This document shows, one piece after another, positions 1 through 8,675 of a stretch of 44,812 nucleotides of DNA. The notes under the pieces are model-generated. The model made no database searches and was not told where the DNA came from. It saw only the letters and a list, made by a program, of their open reading frames with translations. Both the position numbers and the translations under genes were made by a program. How positions within the stretch are numbered: the first letter of the stretch is position 1; each line of letters opens with the position of its first letter. The DNA comes from Actinomycetes bacterium (lineage in GTDB: Bacteria; Actinomycetota; Actinomycetes; Mycobacteriales; Mycobacteriaceae), in contig JAJYRZ010000001.1 in the NCBI GenBank assembly GCA_021793835.1, forward strand, positions 1 through 44,812, in the 5' to 3' direction.

Positions 1-288
1 GCGACGCATATCGCACCGGGTCCCGTTTTCGATCATCGGTGTCCTCCCCGGAAAGGGGAGCCGCCGTGGCACAGAAACCGCGACCGCGACCGCGATGGGG
101 GACATTCCCCCTCGACTGTGGTTAACTACGAGGCGGTCGCCGTGTTTCGTGTTTGTGTTTCCACGCTCGGACATAGTGCAGGGGCGTGATGGATTCCTCT
201 TTCAGAGCCGTCGATCGTCCCTGTGTGACACCGGCCCTGATCTCCGACCGACGGAGAGCAGTCGTGGACGCTGTATGAGGAGTAAGAC

Positions 289-492
289 ATGGCAGAAGGC
301 ACCGTGAAGTGGTTCAACGCTGAGAAGGGGTTCGGCTTCATCGCGCCGGACGACGGCAGCGCTGATGTGTTCGTCCACTACTCGGAGATCCAGACCAGCG
401 GTTTCCGCAGCCTGGATGAGAACCAGCGGGTGAGCTTCGAGGTCGGCCAGGGTCAGAAGGGCCCGCAGGCCACCGGCGTCACGCCGCTCTGA
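289..492 (+). CDS. cspA: Cold-shock protein (CSD family)
   Basis: 67 aa with [15 protein letters not shown] (RNP1) and VFVHYS (RNP2). GAGGAG RBS upstream. Confidence 0.95.
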   Translation: MAEGTVKWFNAEKGFGFIAPDDGSADVFVHYSEIQTSGFRSLDENQRVSFEVGQGQKGPQATGVTPL

Positions 493-539
493 GACCTTAG
501 GTAGACCCGGGCACTACAGCGCCCAGGGTCACCGCTAGC

Positions 540-583
540 ACCGAGGCCGCAGCCGATCCCCACGGATCGCCTGCGGCCTCGGT
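540..583. terminator. GC-rich hairpin between convergent cspA and sulfatase genes
   Basis: accgaggccgcag / ctgcggcctcggt arms plus an inner cgatcc/ggatcg stem. Confidence 0.75.
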
Positions 584-618
584 CTATCTCTGCTGCGTGT
601 GTCCCTCCCGGGGCGGGG

Positions 619-2934
619 TCATTGCGTGGCCATCCCCATGGTGCGGAAACGGTCGACCATGGCCGCCGGGGCGTCCGGTGCGTACGGGCCGGGCCGATAG
701 ACGACCTTCGTCAGTTCCCCCGAATAACGGAAGACACCGCGACGCCGGGACAGCTCCCACGACACCGGTGCCCGCCGCTGGGCACCGGTGTGCAGGCCGG
801 AGAACGGCACGAGCCAGGACAGCTCGGGCACGGCGAAGCCCTCGGTGACGGTCACACCGTCGATCGCGATCGCGCACAGCCAGCGCGCCCCGCCCGGAGA
901 ATGCACGTCGACGGTGATCTCACGGGCGCCGACCGGCACCTCGGCCGGCACGGACTCGGTGTAGCGGCCCCACGCGTTGTGCCCGAGCCGGACCGCCCCG
1001 TCCTCGATGTAGAGCAGATATCCGCTCTCCTGACCCCCGTGCGCGACCAGCACACCGGCATCTCCCGCGCGATATCCGGCCAGGTGGGCGGTGAAGGAGA
1101 AGGAACGCCCGTCGATCAGTCGGCTCGCCCGGAACCGCTCGAGCGACCCGGCCTCCGGCAGGATCGTCACCTCCCGGGCCAGGCGCAGCTCGGCCGGATC
1201 GCGCTGGATCCAGTGCAGCGGGGTGTGGTCGGCGAGCGGGAAGACCTGGTTCCGCTCGGCCGCGTCCTGCCAGGCCTGCTGCAGCCGGGCGAGCACCGCC
1301 GGTTCCCGGGCGGCCAGATCCGTCAGCTGCGTCGGATCGGTGTCCGGCGCGAACAGTTCCCAGCGATCGCCGTCGGGGCCGGCCTGCGGATCGCGGGAGG
1401 CCACCGCCTCGTAGTCCCCGGCGTAGTAGGCGCGTTCGCCCAGGCACTCGTAGTACTGATCGCCGTGCAGACTCGGCGCGGCCGGATCACGCAGGGCCGC
1501 CGCCATCGAGGTGCCGTCGAGCGGACGGGCGGGAAGACCGTGTCGGGTGGCCGCGGCGGGCACGCCGATCAACTCGTACAGTGTCGGCGCCACATCCGTG
1601 ACGTGGGCGTATTGGTGCCGGATCCCGCCGGCGACCTCTCCGAGGCCGGCGGGCCAGGACACCAGACAGCTCACCTGGTGGCCGCCGCGGTAGGTGCTGA
1701 ACTTGTGCCGACGGAACGGGGTGTTGGCGACCGTCGCCCACGCGGTGGCGTACTGCGGCCAGCTGGTCGGCCCGCCGATCTGATCGATCCGCGGCAGATC
1801 CTCGGCCAGGCGCAGTGCGGTGGTGCGGGTGCGTGAGCGGTCCAGGTTCTCCAGATGGTTGAACACACCCAGGTCGTGGCCGCCCCCACCGGATGCGCCG
1901 TTGTCGGAGAAGAACAGGAAGATCGTGTTCTCCAGTTCACCGAGCCTGCCCAGCACCTCTCGGATCCGGCCGACACTGTCGTCGATGGTGGTGACCATCG
2001 CGGCGTAGTTCTCCATGTGCCGGGCGGCCAGTCGGCGGGCGCCGGGCTCCAGGTCGGCCCAGTCGGGGGTCTGCGCGGTGCCGAACTCCGGATCGTCGTC
2101 GCGTGGGGCCGCCTCGGCGTCCGGGCCGACCACGCCGAGCTCCTGCTGACGGGCGAACCGCTGCGCACGGATCTCGTCCCAGCCGGCGTCGTAGCGCCCG
2201 CGGAAAGCGGCACGGTCGTCCGGCTTGGTGTGCATCGGGGCGTGCACGGCGGCGTGTGCGAAGTACATCGCCAGGGGCTTGTCCGGTTCGGCGGCCCGGG
2301 TCTCGGCGATCATGCGCACCGCGCGCTCGGTCAGATCGTCGGTCAGGTAGTAGCCCTCGGGATACTCCTCGACGTCGACGGGGCTGTTGTCCTCGTAGAG
2401 CTGGTGCGGATAGAACAGGCTGGTCTGCGCCTCGAGGAAACCGTAGAACCTGTCGAAGCCGCGCTGCAGCGGCCAGGAGTGTCGGTCACCGGCGGCATGC
2501 ATGTCCTGTTCGCGGCACAGATGCCATTTACCCACCGCCATCGTGGCGTAGCCGTGGCCGCGCAGGGTCTCGGCGAAGGTCGGCGCATCGGCGGCGAGTT
2601 CGGCGGCATACCCGGGGAAGCCGTGGTCGACGTTGGCGACCGCGCCCATGCCGACGGCGTGTGCGTTGCAGCCGGTCAGCAGGGCCGCGCGGGTGGGCGA
2701 GCAGGTGGGGGTGACGTGGAAGTCGGTCAACCGCACACCCTCGTCCGCGACCGCGTCCAGATGCGGAGTCGGGATCTCGGAGCCGAACGGCCCGATGTCC
2801 GAGTAGCCCATGTCGTCGACCAGCATCACGACCACGTTCGGCGCCCCGGCCGGCGGTGCGGGACGCTCCGGCCAGGCCGGTGTCGAGTCCGCGACCGTGT
2901 TGCCGATCCGCTGCGTGTCCTCATCGTCGACCAT
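619..2934 (-). CDS. Arylsulfatase (Cys-type, formylglycine-dependent) with C-terminal extension
   Basis: PNVVVMLVDDMG, CSPTRAALLTG (CxPxR), GKWHL, GFDRFYG and SDNG motifs. Confidence 0.92.
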   Translation of the reverse strand: MVDDEDTQRIGNTVADSTPAWPERPAPPAGAPNVVVMLVDDMGYSDIGPFGSEIPTPHLDAVADEGVRLTDFHVTPTCSPTRAALLTGCNAHAVGMGAVANVDHGFPGYAAELAADAPTFAETLRGHGYATMAVGKWHLCREQDMHAAGDRHSWPLQRGFDRFYGFLEAQTSLFYPHQLYEDNSPVDVEEYPEGYYLTDDLTERAVRMIAETRAAEPDKPLAMYFAHAAVHAPMHTKPDDRAAFRGRYDAGWDEIRAQRFARQQELGVVGPDAEAAPRDDDPEFGTAQTPDWADLEPGARRLAARHMENYAAMVTTIDDSVGRIREVLGRLGELENTIFLFFSDNGASGGGGHDLGVFNHLENLDRSRTRTTALRLAEDLPRIDQIGGPTSWPQYATAWATVANTPFRRHKFSTYRGGHQVSCLVSWPAGLGEVAGGIRHQYAHVTDVAPTLYELIGVPAAATRHGLPARPLDGTSMAAALRDPAAPSLHGDQYYECLGERAYYAGDYEAVASRDPQAGPDGDRWELFAPDTDPTQLTDLAAREPAVLARLQQAWQDAAERNQVFPLADHTPLHWIQRDPAELRLAREVTILPEAGSLERFRASRLIDGRSFSFTAHLAGYRAGDAGVLVAHGGQESGYLLYIEDGAVRLGHNAWGRYTESVPAEVPVGAREITVDVHSPGGARWLCAIAIDGVTVTEGFAVPELSWLVPFSGLHTGAQRRAPVSWELSRRRGVFRYSGELTKVVYRPGPYAPDAPAAMVDRFRTMGMATQ

Positions 2935-2996
2935 GGAATCGACTGTATGGCGCAGGTCTCCTCCGGCAGGTGACCCGTCCCGTCGTCCGGAAAAGG

Positions 2997-3034
2997 CCGG
3001 TGCCGGGGCCCGCAGCTGCGGGCCCCGGCACCGG
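2997..3034 (-). terminator. Perfect 38-bp palindrome, likely terminator of the transporter operon
   Basis: ccggtgccggggcccgcag|ctgcgggccccggcaccgg, followed on the minus strand by CCTTTT. Confidence 0.8.
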
Positions 3035-3055
3035 GGACGTTCTACGACGGCCCTG

Positions 3056-3187
3056 CTAGACCATCATCTCGTCGTTGTCCTTCGACTCGCGATAGTCGCG
3101 GTAGACGCCGACCGACAGGATCGCCAGCACCACCGCGGCCATCACGGGCCACATGAGGATGTACACGGTCATCCAGAAAACGGTCAT
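3056..3187 (-). CDS. Putative transporter small subunit (43 aa, single TM)
   Basis: MTVFWMTVYILMWPVMAAVVLAILSVGVYRDYRESKDNDEMMV. ATGA overlap with the SSS stop codon and a GGGAGAG RBS. Confidence 0.8.
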   Translation of the reverse strand: MTVFWMTVYILMWPVMAAVVLAILSVGVYRDYRESKDNDEMMV

Positions 3188-5046
3188 TCCCGCTCTCCCT
3201 TCTGTCCCGAGTCGCTGCCGGGTTCGTCCTTGTCGTCGATCACCGCGGTGGTCGTGCCCCCGCCCGTGCCCGCTGCGGGCCGGTCGGTGCCGCCGCCGCT
3301 CGCCTTGCGCGCGTCCTTCGCGGTCTTGCGCTCGGTCTTGCGCTGCGCGGTCACGGTGGCCGCGTCGACCTGGCGCTTCTGGAACTCCAGCACCCGCTCG
3401 TCGATGACGGCGAAGTCGAAGTCCTCGTTCTTCGTCAGGCTGATCAGGATGCACAGCAGGGCGCTGACGCCGTAGGCGACCAGCGAGCCCATGAGCACGT
3501 GGTAGTCACGCAGGAAGCCGACCACCAGCGGAACCATCGCCACGAACGAGACCGCTGCGCCGATGATGCCGGCCAGGCGTCCGAGGAAGCCGAAGGCCAG
3601 CAGCCCGACCGCGGTCGCGATGCCCAGGGCGGCGAAGACCTCCAGCAGCACGCCGATCACACCGGTGAACGGGATCCACTCGAAGCGCACCAGGATGAAG
3701 ATCGCCAGTGCGACCACGACCGAGACCGAGAACGCGACGTTGGTGATCCGGCCCCAGTAGAAGCTCGCGATGACCGGGAACACCAGCGCACCCCACAGGG
3801 CACCGACGAACACGAGCAGATCGAGGATGTCGAAGCTCGAGAACGCGAACGCCACACCGGCCGCCGAAGCGCCCACCATGGTCATCCGGCCGATCAGCAG
3901 CATCGTCTGCGGGTTGATCCTCCCGCGGGCCAGGTTCTTGCCGTAGAAGTCGGTCATCGTGATCGACGCCATCGCCGACAGGTCCGAGTCGGCCGTGGAG
4001 GCCAGCGAACCGATCACCATGATGAACAGCAGCGCGATCGCACCGGCGGGCAGGTACTCCACCGCCATCTGCGGGATGATGTTGTTCGCATCGCCGTCCA
4101 GCGGCTCGAAGCCCTGCATGGCCATGATGACGCCGAGCATGCCCAGGCCGATCACCGTGCCGGCGTAGCCGAAGCTCGCGGTGACGAAGGTCGACCTGAT
4201 CTTGTCCTTGCGCACGGCGAACAGACGCTGCGCGATGGTCTGGTTACCGATCGCGTAGGCCAGCACCGCCGCCATGTAGGGCGCACCCTGGTTCAGGAAG
4301 GCGTCCATCGAGAAGAAGTCTGCCTTCTGCCCGTCGCCCTCACTGCGCAGCACGTCCATCCCGCCGCTGAGCATGTCGGTGCCGCCGGCGGCGAAGAACA
4401 CCCACGGGATGATGATCGCGGCCGCACCCATCAGGGCGACCAGCTGCACGAAGTCGGTGAGCACCGCGGCACGGAAACCCGACCAGATCGTGTAGGCCAG
4501 CACGCCGACCGCGACGATCAGCACACCGGTCTTGAAGTTGTACGGGGTCAGGACGTACACCAGGGCGCCCGCCGCGGTGAAGTTCGCGGTCAGGCTGATG
4601 ATGCTGCCGACGATGTTCGATCCGGCCAGCAGCAGCTGACTGGAGCTGCCGTGCCGGGCCTGGATGACCTCCGCCAGGGTGCGCGCGTTCGGGGCGACCT
4701 CGCGGAAACGCTTACCGAACGGGTAGATGCACAGAATCATCAGCGCACCCCACAGCCCGTAGTGCACGGGGCCGGAGATGCCGTAGGTGAATCCGGCGGT
4801 GGCGGCGGCATAGAAGGACGCCGCCCAGATCCAGGTCGCGGTCATCGAGGAGGAGGACAGGCCGAAACCGACCGATCCGCTCGAGACCATGAACCCGTCG
4901 ACGTTCTCCTTGCGCTCACGGATGGTGAGGGTCAGCAGGAATGTGCCGCCGAAGAAGATGACGAGTAGAATGATCGTCGTCAGGCCGCTGAATTGAAACT
5001 TTTCAATCGCGTCGCCGACTGCTGCATTTATCTGCAAGCCGTCCAA
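3184..5046 (-). CDS. Sodium:solute symporter family (SSS; DUR3/PutP-like) transporter
   Basis: Many hydrophobic helices and the motifs ATWIWAAS, TDFVQ, QTIAQR, STADSDL. TTG start at 5046 chosen for its AGGAG RBS; the ORF extends to 5097. Confidence 0.88.
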   Translation of the reverse strand: MDGLQINAAVGDAIEKFQFSGLTTIILLVIFFGGTFLLTLTIRERKENVDGFMVSSGSVGFGLSSSSMTATWIWAASFYAAATAGFTYGISGPVHYGLWGALMILCIYPFGKRFREVAPNARTLAEVIQARHGSSSQLLLAGSNIVGSIISLTANFTAAGALVYVLTPYNFKTGVLIVAVGVLAYTIWSGFRAAVLTDFVQLVALMGAAAIIIPWVFFAAGGTDMLSGGMDVLRSEGDGQKADFFSMDAFLNQGAPYMAAVLAYAIGNQTIAQRLFAVRKDKIRSTFVTASFGYAGTVIGLGMLGVIMAMQGFEPLDGDANNIIPQMAVEYLPAGAIALLFIMVIGSLASTADSDLSAMASITMTDFYGKNLARGRINPQTMLLIGRMTMVGASAAGVAFAFSSFDILDLLVFVGALWGALVFPVIASFYWGRITNVAFSVSVVVALAIFILVRFEWIPFTGVIGVLLEVFAALGIATAVGLLAFGFLGRLAGIIGAAVSFVAMVPLVVGFLRDYHVLMGSLVAYGVSALLCILISLTKNEDFDFAVIDERVLEFQKRQVDAATVTAQRKTERKTAKDARKASGGGTDRPAAGTGGGTTTAVIDDKDEPGSDSGQKGERE

Positions 5047-5438
5047 GGTGTTCTCCTGTGGGGCACCGAAATGGAGACTCCGCACAGGTTCGAACATGTC
5101 GAGACATGCCGAACTATTATTCGGTTCCCGTTGGTTACGTGGTCATCGGTTTTCGCTGCGGGTCTCCAGGCACGGTGTCTCACGTTAGCAAGGCTCAGAT
5201 AACGATTCGGTATACCGGCGGCTATCTTTTGCGCCAAGCCGGTGGGCCGTCTAAAGTAAGAAGTTTTCCTGTTTCGGCCAGCCCCCGGTGAACCGGCAGG
5301 ACCGTGGGGTGTTCGTGGCCCGGGCGCGGCTCGGAAGCGACCCGGCGGTAATGTGCCGGAAGTCACGTGCGGTTCGGTCGCGGCAGCCTCCGAACCTCTG
5401 TGCCCTGGGTGTTCGCGGCGACGGTAGGGAGTGCGGAG

Positions 5439-6224
5439 ATGTCGGATCAGGTGGCCGGGGTGTCGGCGGGTGGCACAGCGGCGTCGCGCACGGCCGTGGT
5501 GATCGGCGGGACCGGCGGTATCGGCCGGGCGGTGTGCCGAGCCTTCGTCGCCGCCGGCGTATCTGTGCGATTCACCTATCGGTCGAATGTCGAGTCCGCT
5601 CGCATTCTGGAATCCGAGACGGACGGAGACGCTGTCGGAGAAATTCTCGACGTGCGTGATTCCGCTGCGATAGCAGACTACTTCCGAAGAATGGAATCCG
5701 CAGGATTCGAGATAGGAACATTGGTGTACGCCGCGGGCCCACTCGTGCGGCAGCGGCATCTGAGCGCGATCTCACCTGCGGAGATGTCGGCCGTCCTGGA
5801 ATCCGATTCATCGGCATTTTATGCCGCGGTGCATTCCGCCCTGCCCGCATTGCGGCGTGCCGGCGGCAGCGTGGTGGCGGTGACGACCGCGGCGACCCGT
5901 CGTTACGCCGTGCGCGACGGGATGTCGATCGTGCCCAAGGCCTCGGTGGAGGCGATCGTGCGCGGCATCGCCGTCGAGGAGGGGCGCTACGGGGTGCGGG
6001 CCAACAGCGTCGGGCCGGGGATGCTGTCCGACGGGATGGCCGCGCGATTGATCGAGGCCGGGGATCTCGACGACAATGCGCTGGAACAGGCTCGGAGGAA
6101 CACGCCGCTGCGGCGGTTCGGCACGACCGCGGACGTCGCTGCGGCCGTGGTGTTCCTGGCTTCGGACGAGGCGAATTTCATCACCGGGCAGAAACTGGAT
6201 GTGGATGGAGGCTACGGTGCGTGA
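5439..6224 (+). CDS. Short-chain dehydrogenase/reductase (atypical active site)
   Basis: GGTGGIG, GVRANSVGPG, PLRRFG, ITGQKLDVDGG motifs. ATG at 5439 follows AGGGAG. Confidence 0.88.
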   Translation: MSDQVAGVSAGGTAASRTAVVIGGTGGIGRAVCRAFVAAGVSVRFTYRSNVESARILESETDGDAVGEILDVRDSAAIADYFRRMESAGFEIGTLVYAAGPLVRQRHLSAISPAEMSAVLESDSSAFYAAVHSALPALRRAGGSVVAVTTAATRRYAVRDGMSIVPKASVEAIVRGIAVEEGRYGVRANSVGPGMLSDGMAARLIEAGDLDDNALEQARRNTPLRRFGTTADVAAAVVFLASDEANFITGQKLDVDGGYGA

Positions 6225-6663
6225 CTCGTCGACACCGGGTGTGGATCCGACGCTGCGCGACCAGGTGCTGGATGTGCTGGCACGGCTCGCGCTGACTGCG
6301 GACACCGGTGAGGTGGAGGAGTACCTGGCGTTGATCGCCGAGGACGCGGTCTGGGAGTTCCCGGACAACCCCATCCTGGGTACGCCGGCGCAGCGGCTGA
6401 CGGGCAAGGCGGAGATCGAAGAGGGCGTCCGCTCCCGGCGCGCCCGCGGGGTGCAGGGGCCGGGGTCGTATACCCAGCACGTCGTCACGAGTGTGGTCGT
6501 CGAGCAGCTGGGCGAGGATTCGGCGCGCGCCCGCGCGGCCTGGATGTTTCTGGCGGACACCATCGGTACACCGCGGATCTCCGGGGTGGGGCACTACGAC
6601 GATCTGCTGCGCCTGGTCGACGGCCGCTGGATGATGGCCCACCGGCAGGTGTCCTTCGGCTGA
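6217..6663 (+). CDS. SnoaL-like / NTF2-fold protein
   Basis: D..D..EDAVW, HVVTS and GHYDD...GRW pattern. GTG overlaps the SDR stop, with a GGAGG RBS. Confidence 0.8.
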   Translation: MRDSSTPGVDPTLRDQVLDVLARLALTADTGEVEEYLALIAEDAVWEFPDNPILGTPAQRLTGKAEIEEGVRSRRARGVQGPGSYTQHVVTSVVVEQLGEDSARARAAWMFLADTIGTPRISGVGHYDDLLRLVDGRWMMAHRQVSFG

Positions 6664-6695
6664 CCGGCAGCGGAGCTCACCCACGGCCGGCGGGG

Positions 6696-8564
6696 TCAGA
6701 ACGGAGGTGGGGCGTCGTCCGGGATGGCCGGCGGGGCCGGGGAGGTCGGCGGAGTGAACCCGCCCCGTCGTCCGCTCGGGAGTGTCACCGACTGGTCACC
6801 GTCGTCGTGGGACCACCACTGGGCCCCGCCGGCGAGCATGTGCACCCGGGAGTAGCCGGCTGTCTTGAGTCGGTGATGCAGTCGGCACAGGCACTGCAGG
6901 TTGGCCTCGATCGTCCAGCCGCCGCGGCGAGGACCCCGGTGGTCGAACGGGACCACGTGGTCGATGTCGCAGCGGTCTGCGACCACTGCGCAGCCGGGAT
7001 GCCGGCAGTGACCGTCGCGGAGCCGGACGGCCGTGCGCAGCGCCGTACCGGGTCGGTAGATCAGTGCCCCGGCCGGCGGTTCGTCGAATCCGCCGTGACC
7101 GTCATCGCTCAGACCCGCCCGTAGTGCGGGGTCGCGGACGAGACGATCGATGATGCGGGACCGCAACACTTCGTCGCCGCTGACCGGGCCGCGCACAGAT
7201 GTCCGTGGCACGGCGTCGACCTGCGGGATCGGTGGTGCCGGTCGGGCGCGTCCGAACACGGCACCCGGTTTCATCGGTGGTGGTGTGTGGCAGATCCGGC
7301 GGGTCTCGTCCCGCGCGGCTTGTCGTGCGCGACGCTGTTTCTCGTAGGCCGCGAGAAGGAAGTCCTCGTAATCCGGATCCAGCGGAGGTCCGACCTCGAT
7401 GTCCGGGTAGGAGACGGTCGACTCGTCCTCTGCCGCGGCACGGTCCGCGGTCGCGGCGGCGTCGGGTCCGCCGCCGGTGGCAGGTGGGGCGGGCAGGGCG
7501 GCGGGAGTGCCGAACGGTGAGCGTCGCGCGGGCGACCCGGTGGTGTCCCCTTCGCGGGGTCGGCAGGCGTCCGTAGCGTAGCGCCGGCCATCGTTGGCGG
7601 CGTGCCAGTGTTGCGCCAGCGTGCGGCCTTCGGTAATGAACAGTTGCCAGGTGGCGTTCATGGCCAGTAGCCGCGCGTATTCCGGTGCGACGGGGCCGTA
7701 GCCGGCGAGGACCGCCGGGTCGTCGGCGAGCCGGATGAGCGTCGCCAGGTCTATATGGACGAACACGTGCGCAGGTCGCTTCCGGGGAGTCTCCGCAGCC
7801 GACTTGTAGCGACAGTCGCGGTGCGGGCATCGGCAGGCCAGCCTGTCACCGCCTTCGGCCAGGACGACCAGCGCGTCGGCGCGGAGCCGGCCCCGGTTCC
7901 GGGGGTCGTCTCGGCACACCGTCGCGGCGATGTCGGTCAGAGCGCCCTGGACGCGTTGGGCTTCGTCGGCGGCCAGGAACGCGTGGAACACCGCCATCCC
8001 GTAGGAGCGAGGGAACACCGCGGTGCGGCGTTGCGACTCGGCGACCCGGCGACCGGCTTCGGCGGCCGCCGGGTCGGCGAGCAGGATCAGTCGTTCCACC
8101 TCGCGCTCAAGGGGCCCGGGCGTCAGCTCCCTGGCCGCGGCCAGCACCGCCTCCTCTATCAGGCCGACGACCTCGCCGACGGTATGTCGCAGGGCCCTTT
8201 CGATCGCCGCCACCCGACGATGATCGACCTCGCCGGACAGGAATGCCGCCCGGATCTTCGGGGTGTGGTCGACGAGCATCGCGCCGATGCCGATGTAGGT
8301 CTCGGCGACCTGCTGTGAACAGGTCAGGGCGCGGGCCACCTCGGACGCGGCCATCGCGTGGACCAGATCGGAGTGGTGGCCGGCGGCGCGCAGCTCGGCC
8401 GCGCGGGCCCGGGCGGTGCGTGCGCAGTCCACCAGTTTGCGGGCCGCGGCGGCGTTCTCGTCACGGGCGAGTGCGCACAGGGCGGTGCGCCTGTCTCGAG
8501 GCATCTGCGACCGCGGACGCCGCCGGGTGGGGCGTTCGGTGAAGTCCTGCGGTGCATCGATCAT
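6696..8564 (-). CDS. DUF222/13E12-repeat family HNH endonuclease
   Basis: RDGHCRHPGC, CDIDHVVPF and NLQCLCRLHH HNH motifs. N-terminal DUF222-like region includes CRDDPR..RADAL..CRC and LAGYGP. Confidence 0.88.
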   Translation of the reverse strand: MIDAPQDFTERPTRRRPRSQMPRDRRTALCALARDENAAAARKLVDCARTARARAAELRAAGHHSDLVHAMAASEVARALTCSQQVAETYIGIGAMLVDHTPKIRAAFLSGEVDHRRVAAIERALRHTVGEVVGLIEEAVLAAARELTPGPLEREVERLILLADPAAAEAGRRVAESQRRTAVFPRSYGMAVFHAFLAADEAQRVQGALTDIAATVCRDDPRNRGRLRADALVVLAEGGDRLACRCPHRDCRYKSAAETPRKRPAHVFVHIDLATLIRLADDPAVLAGYGPVAPEYARLLAMNATWQLFITEGRTLAQHWHAANDGRRYATDACRPREGDTTGSPARRSPFGTPAALPAPPATGGGPDAAATADRAAAEDESTVSYPDIEVGPPLDPDYEDFLLAAYEKQRRARQAARDETRRICHTPPPMKPGAVFGRARPAPPIPQVDAVPRTSVRGPVSGDEVLRSRIIDRLVRDPALRAGLSDDGHGGFDEPPAGALIYRPGTALRTAVRLRDGHCRHPGCAVVADRCDIDHVVPFDHRGPRRGGWTIEANLQCLCRLHHRLKTAGYSRVHMLAGGAQWWSHDDGDQSVTLPSGRRGGFTPPTSPAPPAIPDDAPPPF

Positions 8565-8577
8565 ATGTTCGATTCTA
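8557..8577 (-). promoter_or_regulatory. LexA (SOS) box overlapping the -10 and start codon of the leaderless HNH gene
   Basis: Minus strand TCGAAC-ATAT-GATCGA at 8572-8557, one mismatch to TCGAAC-N4-GTTCGA. TAGAAT lies 7 nt before the ATG. Confidence 0.8.
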
Positions 8578-8646
8578 CCGGCTGGTGATGTGGTTCACAA
8601 CGGCGTTTCCGGAGGTTGTGGAAAGCCGTGGCCTGCGGATCCCCGG

Positions 8647-8668
8647 TGTGGGCGGCGACCGGTACCCT
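8647..8668 (+). promoter_or_regulatory. Leaderless dnaX promoter resembling the PafBC/RecA-NDp motif
   Basis: TGTGGG-N10-TACCCT versus consensus TGTCGG-N10-TANNNT. GTG start is 7 nt downstream. Confidence 0.5.
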
Positions 8669-8675
8669 TCGATGC

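Noticed and set aside
1-288. ORFs 95-307 and 126-341, the cgcgac trimer and a small hairpin at 44-60
   Set aside because: Best explained as the cspA promoter and long 5' UTR. There is no coding signal, and the repeat is too short to be meaningful.
5100-5280. GlnR boxes upstream of the DUR3-like transporter
   Set aside because: GTAAC/GAAAC-like words are present but not at the required spacing.
8565-8675. SRP RNA (ffs) or DnaA boxes upstream of dnaX
   Set aside because: No SRP consensus loop is present, and TGTGGAAAG is only a poor single DnaA-box match.
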